This document shows, in pieces, positions 1-5,712 of a stretch of 5,712 bases of DNA; the stretch's first letter is position 1; every line of letters starts with the position of its first letter. A model generated the notes under the pieces. That model saw only the letters and a list, made by a program, of their open reading frames with translations, had not been told where the DNA came from and did not search any database. The stretch is from a virus. Lineage: Duplodnaviria > Heunggongvirae > Uroviricota > Caudoviricetes. Location of the stretch: IMG/VR virus record IMGVR_UViG_2706794691_000014; one strand, written 5' to 3'. Position numbers and translations under genes: made by a program.

Positions 1-76
1 ATCAAGAACATAACGAAACATAATTCCCCATTATACGCGCGTATAATGGGGAATTATGTTTCGTTATGTTCTTGAT
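1..76. other. telRL: Protelomerase target site / hairpin-telomere palindrome (telRL-like, N15 family). Perfect 76-bp palindrome centred between positions 38 and 39.
   Basis: Checked by hand: positions 1-38 are the exact reverse complement of 39-76. The central 22 bp (28-49, CCATTATACGCGCGTATAATGG) matches the N15 telO core as I recall it, with an alternating CGCGCG centre. The palindrome starts at window position 1, so any further extension cannot be seen. Confidence 0.8.
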
Positions 77-77
77 T

Positions 78-210
78 AGTGTTCTTATTTAGTGTAATAT
101 TCTCATTTTGTGTACTGCTTTATTTAACATTTAGCTTTAATTCTTTATTTGTGTTCTTTATTATGTTTGCATCATTACTTAGTTTTTGTGTTCTTTATTT
201 GTGTTCTTGT
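78..210. repeat. AT-rich spacer carrying iterated short repeats: an 18-bp direct repeat TTCTTTATTTGTGTTCTT at 141-158 and 191-208, plus related GTGTTCTT(T)ATTT copies at about 80-95 and 188-200.
   Basis: Direct reading of the sequence. Repeated motifs lie between the telomere palindrome and the sopA promoter. Function unknown: possibly accessory protelomerase sites (tos-like) or other protein-binding sites. Confidence 0.5.
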
Positions 211-394
211 ATTGGTAAGGTTGGGAGAACTAATAGAGAAAACGTATCTCATTGATGATTCTTATCATGTTTCCCTAGTTTTACATGATTTCCTTTCTTC
301 AAAAAATATAATAAATATCAATTACTTATGATTATGTTGTTGTTCGTTTTATGCATTTCGGGAGGGGAACAAAAGATGATTTAGCTTAAAAATT

Positions 395-496
395 CTCCTT
401 TGCGTTTTTCTTTTTGCTTTGCCTTTTTCATGCAAATTTGCTAGAAATAAGCAAAGATTTAATTATTAAGCAAAGTTACAAGCTGGAGATGACAGT
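395..496 (+). promoter_or_regulatory. sopA promoter/operator region with CTTTGC hexamer repeats (SopA autoregulatory operator) and ribosome-binding site.
   Basis: CTTTGC at 398-403 and 417-422; its reverse complement GCAAAG at 451-456 and 470-475; variants TTTTGC at 412-417 and ATTTGC at 436-441. GGAG at 484-487 lies 9 nt upstream of the ATG at 497. In F plasmid, SopA binds CTTTGC repeats overlapping the sop promoter (established knowledge). Exact -35/-10 elements not assigned. Confidence 0.6.
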
Positions 497-1663
497 ATGT
501 CTTTGAAAAAGCTATTGCAAGATTGTGTTACGAGAGGTCAAGAAATGACCCAAGCAATTGCTATCGCTCAATTCGGTGATGATAGTCCTGAAGCTCGGCG
601 TATCACCCGCCGATGGGGTATTACTGAAGTAGCAGATTTAATTGGTGTAACTCCTCAAGCAATTAGAGATGCTGAGAAGAGCGGGCGTTTACCTGCACCT
701 GACTTTGAAATGAGAGGAAGAATTGAACGTCGTGCTGGTTATACCATAGATCAAATCAACAGTATGCGAGCAGTTTTTGGCAACCCAAACCAACGACCAC
801 AAGATAAAAACCCTGTTGTTCTTGCCGTTATGTCACACAAAGGCGGCGTTTATAAAACATCGTCTGCGGTACATCAAGCTCAATGGTTAGCATTACAAGG
901 TCATCGTGTTCTTTTGGTTGAAGGTAACGATCCTCAAGGTACAGCCTCTATGTATCACGGTTATGTTCCTGATTTACATATCCATGCCGAGGATACTTTA
1001 CTGCCATTTTACTTAGGAGAACGCGATAACGCTGAATATGCTATAAAGCCAACATGTTGGCCTGGGCTAGACATTATCCCTAGCTGCCTAGCTTTACATC
1101 GTATAGAAACAGATCTCATGCAATATCATGCTCAGGGTAAATTGCCTCATCCTCCACACCTTATGCTGCGCGCAGCTATTGAATCAGTTTGGGATAACTA
1201 CGATGTTATCGTTATAGATAGTGCTCCGAACCTCGGTACAGGAACCATTAACGTTGTTTGTGCCGCTGACGTTATTGTTGTTGCTACACCTGCAGAATTA
1301 TTTGATTACGCTTCTGTTCTACAGTTTTTCACAATGCTTCTCGATCTATTGGAAAGCGTTGACCTAGGTGGATTTGAGCCAACCGTTCGCTTACTTCTGA
1401 CTAAATATAGTCTCACTACAGGGAATCAATCACGATGGATGGAAGAACAAATAAGAAATACATGGGGATCAATGGTATTACGTCAGGTTGTACGCGTTAC
1501 CGATGAAGTAGGTAAAGGCCAGATAAAAATGAGAACAGTATTTGAACAAGCAGCAAACCAACGTTCAACATTGAATGCATGGAGAAATGCTGTTTCTATA
1601 TGGGACCCTGTTTGCAGAGAAATTTTTGATGATCTAATAAAACCTCGCTGGGAGAACGAATAA
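497..1663 (+). CDS. sopA: Partition ATPase SopA (type Ia ParA family) with an N-terminal HTH DNA-binding domain and a deviant Walker A box.
   Basis: 388-aa ORF. Deviant Walker A KGGVYKTS at residues 115-122 (nt 839-862). Long stretches match F plasmid SopA as I recall it (EMTxAIAIAQFxDDSPEARxITRRW; LLVEGNDPQGTASMYHGxVPDLHIHAEDTLLPFYLGE; KPTCWPGLDIIPSCLALHRIET; YDVIVIDSAPNLGxGTINVVCAADV; GKGQIxMRTVFEQA; KPRWE). Good RBS. Stop codon overlaps the sopB start. Confidence 0.95.
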   Translation: MSLKKLLQDCVTRGQEMTQAIAIAQFGDDSPEARRITRRWGITEVADLIGVTPQAIRDAEKSGRLPAPDFEMRGRIERRAGYTIDQINSMRAVFGNPNQRPQDKNPVVLAVMSHKGGVYKTSSAVHQAQWLALQGHRVLLVEGNDPQGTASMYHGYVPDLHIHAEDTLLPFYLGERDNAEYAIKPTCWPGLDIIPSCLALHRIETDLMQYHAQGKLPHPPHLMLRAAIESVWDNYDVIVIDSAPNLGTGTINVVCAADVIVVATPAELFDYASVLQFFTMLLDLLESVDLGGFEPTVRLLLTKYSLTTGNQSRWMEEQIRNTWGSMVLRQVVRVTDEVGKGQIKMRTVFEQAANQRSTLNAWRNAVSIWDPVCREIFDDLIKPRWENE

Positions 1664-2628
1664 TGAAACAGCGCTCTCTTCTAAAAAATGCTCCAGATAT
1701 TAATCGCATTATGAGTAATAATCATCATGCCCCTGAACATCAGCCCGTATCACCTATGGTTGGTGATTTAAAACGTCAACTGAGTTCATTAACCGGTAAC
1801 AGCATAACTTTGCCAGTATGCGGACGTAATGTTAACTTTAAGTTAGAGACAATTCCCGCAGATAAAGTTGAAATGGCAACAATGGTATGGCTAGGTAATG
1901 AACGCGATCAAGATTTATTAAATGAATCCTCTCTAGCCGATTTAATCCCATCTTTTCTAACGTCTGGACAACAAAATCCAGCTTTCGCCAGAAAAGTATC
2001 TGGAATCGTTGAAGTCGCTGACGGCTCACGTAGAAGAAAAGCAGCGATATTAACAGGATGTGACTATCGCGTCTTAATTGGTGATCTCGACGATGAACAG
2101 ATGCATTGGTTATCCCAAATTGGTAACGATTATAGGCCTATTAGTGCATACGAAAGAGGAAAGAGATACTTACGCAAGCTAAATGACTTTGATGGTAACG
2201 TTAAAGCATTGGCCGAGGCTGAAAATATAGATAGAAATATTATCACTCGCTGTATTAATACAGCTGGTCTACCAAAAGATATATTAGCTATCTTCAATCA
2301 TCCAGGAGAACTGTCAGCTCGTGCTGGAGATTCTTTGTTTAAGATTTACAAAAAAAACATGGCTGCCATGAGCAATGCTGCTCATCATCTTCTGACAATA
2401 AAAAAAAACGGCGAGGATTTAGAAGCTTCACGGATTATACAAATATTATCTGACTCTGTTCTGGTTGGCGACGAGGAAAAAACAAAAGACGAGAAAAAAT
2501 ATGGGGAAGGGATCACGGCTAGATATAAAGGGAATTTTGTAACTATAAAAATTGATAGCCGCAAAATATCTAAAGAAATACTAAGCAAAATTGAGTTGTT
2601 ACTAGAGGAACAATCTACTGATAATTAA
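1663..2628 (+). CDS. sopB: Partition centromere-binding protein SopB (ParB family).
   Basis: 321-aa ORF. ATG at 1663-1665 overlaps the sopA TAA (1661-1663) as TAATG, indicating translational coupling. Matches recalled F SopB motifs (NAITLPVCGRxVxFxLE; WxGNERDQxLL; LIPSFLxTGQQxPAFxRxVSGxxExADGSRRRKAA; DYRVLxGxLDDEQM; LGNDYRPxSAYERGxRY; NIxRxIITRCINTAxLPK; FxHPGELSARxGD). Same order and size as the F/N15 sopAB operon. Confidence 0.93.
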   Translation: MKQRSLLKNAPDINRIMSNNHHAPEHQPVSPMVGDLKRQLSSLTGNSITLPVCGRNVNFKLETIPADKVEMATMVWLGNERDQDLLNESSLADLIPSFLTSGQQNPAFARKVSGIVEVADGSRRRKAAILTGCDYRVLIGDLDDEQMHWLSQIGNDYRPISAYERGKRYLRKLNDFDGNVKALAEAENIDRNIITRCINTAGLPKDILAIFNHPGELSARAGDSLFKIYKKNMAAMSNAAHHLLTIKKNGEDLEASRIIQILSDSVLVGDEEKTKDEKKYGEGITARYKGNFVTIKIDSRKISKEILSKIELLLEEQSTDN

Positions 2629-2632
2629 GAAT

Positions 2633-2655
2633 TATCCCCTGCATTGCAGGGGATA
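2633..2655. terminator. Inverted repeat (10-11 bp arms, ATCCCCTGCA-T-TGCAGGGGAT) between convergent sopB and tfa. Candidate bidirectional intrinsic terminator; alternatively a SopB-binding centromere-like site.
   Basis: Arms 2634-2643 and 2645-2654 are exact reverse complements, with a GC-rich core (CCCCTG/CAGGGG). It sits in the 32-nt gap between the sopB stop (2626-2628) and the tfa stop (2661-2663, minus strand). Flanking U/A-rich tracts on both strands are only moderate. Confidence 0.45.
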
Positions 2656-2660
2656 TTGAT

Positions 2661-3236
2661 TTATGGTTGACTTGGCCACTCGATATCTGGAGATAGTGAT
2701 GTATCAACACGATTCAACAACACCCGATATGTCTTCCATGCGGCCAGTAACGATTTCTCTTCCTCCGTTGCGATCTCAAGATCTACCGCATCCTGAAGCG
2801 GCGCAATATGCTCACTGGCTACCTGCATCAGGCTGTTTTTTGTTTCTTCCGCCTCCCGGATCCGGAATAGTTTTTCTGCTTCTGCATCTTTCACCCAGGC
2901 TGTGCCGTTCCACTTCTGATATTCCCCTTCCGGCGATAACCAGGTAACATTTTCCGGTAACGGACCGAGTTCAGAAATAAATAACGCGTCCCCTGATGCC
3001 ACGTCATAAACTGTTTTACCCCGATGGTCTTCAACAAGATGCCACGATGCATCATCACTGTTGAAAACAGCCACGAAGCCAGCCGGAATATCTGGCGGTG
3101 CAATATCGGTACTGTTTGCTGGCAGACCTGTATGAGGCGGAATGTATGCGTCACCTTCACCAATAAATTCATTAGTTCCGGCCAGCAGATTATAAATTTT
3201 TATGGTCCGTGGTTGTTCACTCATTCTGAATGCCAT
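2661..3236 (-). CDS. tfa: Tail fibre assembly protein (lambda Tfa family chaperone).
   Basis: 191-aa ORF. The N-terminal ~170 residues ([61 protein letters not shown]...) closely match lambda Tfa and E. coli cryptic-prophage Tfa proteins as I recall them. Start ATG (3234-3236, minus strand) overlaps the stf stop as TAATG. Lies immediately downstream of stf, as in lambda. Confidence 0.92.
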   Translation of the reverse strand: MAFRMSEQPRTIKIYNLLAGTNEFIGEGDAYIPPHTGLPANSTDIAPPDIPAGFVAVFNSDDASWHLVEDHRGKTVYDVASGDALFISELGPLPENVTWLSPEGEYQKWNGTAWVKDAEAEKLFRIREAEETKNSLMQVASEHIAPLQDAVDLEIATEEEKSLLAAWKTYRVLLNRVDTSLSPDIEWPSQP

Positions 3237-5712
3237 TATGCAAGCCTCACAATATAGTTAAATGCGATGTTTTTGACGGTGTTTTCCGCGTTACCAGCAG
3301 CGTTAACGGTGATGGTGTGTCCATGTGAACCAATCGCAACGGAGTGCGTATGAGCACCAATACCGACAGTATGCGCGTGTGCACCTGCAGATGCTGCTGT
3401 GCCGGACAGTGAGTGGCTATGATTACCATCTGTACTGGTATTAGCTAACCACCCCGTAGACATACCTACTGAGCCTTGTACACCCCAGGTATTTTGACCT
3501 GAGCTTGTATAACCATATTGATAAGTATCTTTAAAAACACTGGGGTTAAATCGACGGCCATCTCTATGGCTGTGATTACCAGCTGCATTCGTGCTGCCAC
3601 TTAAACTATGGGTATGCGCACCAGTGTTATTCGTGGATTTAGTGCCGTAATCAAACGACGATGTGGTTTTCGTCCCCAAATCCGTACTGGATGCGCTGGC
3701 GCTGTGGGTATGCGATTTAATGCCGTCCTGTTCCTGAGACAATACGGCCCGACCACTGGCAGGTTTGCCCTTAATCGTCCAGCCACGCATATCAGGGATC
3801 ACGCCTGACGGATAAGCCGCTGCAAGTTTCGGGTATGCAGATTTGTCAAAAGCCTGCCCCTGCATCAGGGCATAGCCAGACGGAACGGTATCTGATGGCC
3901 ACGGGATTGGTGCGCCAGGCGGATAAAACTGCTCTGATGGCGTATAGAGTGAATAAACTGTACCGTCCGTTAACCCTTCCGGCTTATTAGCAGAATATGC
4001 TGGTGACGTATGAATCGTCACGCTGGCATTACTGGTATAATCCCATTGAATATTTACACCAGTCGCATAATTTCCGATTGCAACGTAAATATCGTAAGTA
4101 TCACCAGATGTATTAACCCAGGCAAAATTTGTAAACCCTGTCAATGTGCGCTGCCATAAAGCACCAGTAATCCCCTTCGGATTACCATTACCTGCACGTA
4201 AAACAAGTTCAGATATACCTGCCTGTTGAGGTGACCCCACGTTAAATCCAGCGCCACCAATCAACGTAATTGAAACAACAGAACTCGCCTGTGGCATGGT
4301 TACCGTTGCTAATTTGAACCAACCAGCACCACCGCTGAATGACATTGTTGTTGAGTTAAGCGTACCAATATCTTTCGGCGTCAGTGTTATATCCGCTGAA
4401 AGCGCCTTACCATTCACCTTACGGGCAGAAGGTACCCGACCATTCGCATTGTCATTAGCTGCTTTCACTGCTTTCGGTGTCGCAGCAAGCGTTTCAGATG
4501 TGCTGTTGGTTGCACTACTGAGCTGGACAATTCCTTTTTGTGCTGTCGTAGCGTCCTGTGCGGTGTATTTCCCGTTAGCCAGGTCATACGCGGCCTTAAC
4601 GGCTTTTGGCGTTGCCGCCTGTGACTCGGAAGTGCTGTTAGTCGCACTGCTGAGCTGAACTATCCCTTTCTGTGCTGTCGTTGCATCCTGTGCGGTGTAT
4701 TTCCCGTTAGCCAGGTCATACGCGGCCTTAACGGCTTTTGGCGTTGCCGCCTGTGACTCGGAAGTGCTGTTGGTCGCACTGCTGAGCTGTACTATCCCCT
4801 TTTTCGTCGTGCTCGCATCCTCAAGCGCCACGGCGGATGCAATATCCTCTGCCCGTTTTGCTGCTGTCTCGGCGCGCGTTGCCGCGGATTCCGCCGTACT
4901 TTTGCTCNNNNNNNNNNNNNNNNNNNNNNNNNNNNNNNNNNNNNNNNNNNNNNNNNNNNNNNNNNNNNNNNNNNNNNNNNNNNNNNNNNNNNNNNNNNNN
5001 NNNNNNNNNNNNNNNNNNNNNNNNNNNNNNNNNNNNNNNNNNNNNNNNNNNNNNNNNNNNNNNNNNNNNNNNNNNNNNNNNNNNNNNNNNNNNNNNNNNN
5101 NNNNNNNNNNNNNNNNNNNNNNNNNNNNNNNNNNNNNCTCAGAGTCTGCCGCAGCTGAGGCGCTCTGTTCCGCTGCCGTTTCAGAAGACTTAGCATTCGT
5201 CTCGGACGTTTTTGCCGCCTTCACGGAATTTCCTGCCGCCGTTGCCGAGGAGGCTGCACTGCTGGCGCTTGTGGAGGCGTTCGTTTCTGATGATTTTGCC
5301 GCCTCTTTGGAGGCCGCCGCATCTCTGGCTGAAGTGGCGGCTTCTGACGCTTTCGTTGTCGCAGTGGATGCAGAAGTGGCTGCTGATTTTTGTGACGCTG
5401 CAGCATTCGTTTCTGACGTTTTCGCCGCACCGGCACTGGTGGCCGCCGCGCTTTTTGAGGACTCTGCAGCGGCAGCACTTTTTGATGCTTCAGTGGCCTT
5501 TGTTGATGCCGTTCCTGCGCTGGAAGACGCCTCCTGAGCCGAAGTCGCGGCCTGTCCGGCTGACGTGCTGGCTGCACGCGCTGAGCCTGCAGCATCAGTC
5601 GCATGGGTTGCCGCCTCACGGGCAGATGTGCCGGCATCACTGGCTGACTTCTTCGCGGCTGCCGTGTTCTGTGCCACCGCGGACGCGTTACGCGCCACCT
5701 CTTCCACCATCA
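3236..5712 (-). CDS. stf: Side tail fibre protein (lambda Stf-like), 5'-partial: the true start lies beyond the window end. Interrupted by a 230-nt N run at 4908-5137.
   Basis: Open frame runs to the window edge. The ATG at 5708-5710 corresponds to the internal [13 protein letters not shown] segment of lambda Stf (about residue 118 as I recall), so the N-terminus is missing. Ala/Ser/Thr-rich N-terminal region; three copies of the conserved [15 protein letters not shown]...AATPKAVK fibre motif; C-terminal HxH-rich region ending [31 protein letters not shown], which matches the lambda Stf C-terminus. Central domain differs from lambda (mosaic). Confidence 0.9.
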   Translation of the reverse strand, partial: MVEEVARNASAVAQNTAAAKKSASDAGTSAREAATHATDAAGSARAASTSAGQAATSAQEASSSAGTASTKATEASKSAAAAESSKSAAATSAGAAKTSETNAAASQKSAATSASTATTKASEAATSARDAAASKEAAKSSETNASTSASSAASSATAAGNSVKAAKTSETNAKSSETAAEQSASAAADSEXXXXXXXXXXXXXXXXXXXXXXXXXXXXXXXXXXXXXXXXXXXXXXXXXXXXXXXXXXXXXXXXXXXXXXXXXXXXXSKSTAESAATRAETAAKRAEDIASAVALEDASTTKKGIVQLSSATNSTSESQAATPKAVKAAYDLANGKYTAQDATTAQKGIVQLSSATNSTSESQAATPKAVKAAYDLANGKYTAQDATTAQKGIVQLSSATNSTSETLAATPKAVKAANDNANGRVPSARKVNGKALSADITLTPKDIGTLNSTTMSFSGGAGWFKLATVTMPQASSVVSITLIGGAGFNVGSPQQAGISELVLRAGNGNPKGITGALWQRTLTGFTNFAWVNTSGDTYDIYVAIGNYATGVNIQWDYTSNASVTIHTSPAYSANKPEGLTDGTVYSLYTPSEQFYPPGAPIPWPSDTVPSGYALMQGQAFDKSAYPKLAAAYPSGVIPDMRGWTIKGKPASGRAVLSQEQDGIKSHTHSASASSTDLGTKTTSSFDYGTKSTNNTGAHTHSLSGSTNAAGNHSHRDGRRFNPSVFKDTYQYGYTSSGQNTWGVQGSVGMSTGWLANTSTDGNHSHSLSGTAASAGAHAHTVGIGAHTHSVAIGSHGHTITVNAAGNAENTVKNIAFNYIVRLA
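4555..4818. repeat. Near-perfect tandem duplication of a 132-bp unit (4555-4686 and 4687-4818) inside stf, encoding two 44-aa copies of the [14 protein letters not shown] fibre repeat. A third, more divergent copy lies at about 4430-4554.
   Basis: Direct comparison: the two units are identical apart from a handful of substitutions (for example GTTAGTCG vs GTTGGTCG, and the last ~25 nt of each unit). Period 132 nt is in frame (44 codons). Confidence 0.85.
4908..5137. other. Run of 230 N: assembly/scaffold gap or masked sequence inside the stf coding region.
   Basis: Contiguous N characters from 4908 to 5137, flanked on both sides by Ala/Ser/Thr-rich low-complexity coding sequence on the minus strand. 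Confidence 0.99.

Noticed and set aside
149-331. 60-aa ORF on the plus strand in the AT-rich spacer between the telomere palindrome and sopA
   Set aside because: It overlaps the iterated repeat motifs, and its predicted product is low-complexity and hydrophobic, driven by T-rich sequence. No convincing RBS. Most likely a chance open frame in AT-rich non-coding DNA, though a small membrane peptide cannot be strictly excluded.
1601-1607. TGGGACC heptamer resembling an F sopC half-site
   Set aside because: Lies inside the sopA coding sequence (encoding WDP), has no inverted partner nearby, and the same codons are expected from the conserved protein sequence. Coincidental.
1838-2588. Antisense ORFs inside sopB (1838-2029 and 2385-2588, minus strand)
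   Set aside because: Fully embedded antisense to a well-supported conserved CDS; short, with no homology signal or translation signals.
2629-2660. F-type sopC centromere (tandem array of 43-bp repeats with TGGGACC-N2-GGTCCCA cores) downstream of sopB
   Set aside because: No tandem repeat array is present. Only a single unrelated inverted repeat lies in the 32-nt gap before the convergent tfa gene, so this is not an F-plasmid-type sop locus.
2663-3257. ORFs overlapping tfa (2663-2947 plus, 2891-3172 minus, 3024-3257 plus)
   Set aside because: Alternate-frame or antisense to the strongly supported tfa CDS; the products have no recognisable features.
3247-5640. Multiple ORFs overlapping stf (e.g. 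4695-5537 plus at 280 aa, 5221-5640 minus, 4296-4658 plus, 3601-3808)
   Set aside because: The GC-rich, Ala/Ser/Thr-codon-rich fibre gene lacks stop codons in several frames. The alternate-frame products are Arg/Pro-rich or Ala/Phe-rich artefacts, some spanning the N gap. The Stf-like frame is the one supported by homology.
1-5712. CRISPR arrays, tRNA/rRNA genes, insertion sequences, toxin-antitoxin pairs
   Set aside because: No regularly spaced direct repeats with unique spacers, no tRNA-like structures noticed, no transposase-like ORF or terminal inverted repeats bracketing a gene, and no small paired ORFs. The only long palindrome is explained as a telomere site.

Overview
This window looks like the telomere-proximal segment of an N15-like linear plasmid-prophage (phage-plasmid) from an enterobacterium. 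Reading left to right: (1) a perfect 76-bp palindrome at positions 1-76 whose centre contains the 22-bp core CCATTATACGCGCGTATAATGG that I recall as the N15 telO protelomerase target; (2) an AT-rich spacer with short iterated repeats; (3) a sopA promoter/operator with CTTTGC hexamers; (4) a translationally coupled sopA-sopB partition operon (F/N15 type Ia ParA/ParB); (5) an inverted repeat between convergent genes; (6) on the minus strand, a lambda-like side tail fibre gene (stf, 5'-truncated by the window edge and interrupted by a 230-nt N run) coupled to a tail fibre assembly gene (tfa). All elements belong to known families; I see no candidate for a wholly novel system. The most notable points are the telomere palindrome sitting exactly at the window edge, the mosaic tail fibre with an internal 132-bp tandem duplication, and the unresolved gap inside it. 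All homology statements rest on recalled sequences and motif recognition, not on computed alignments.
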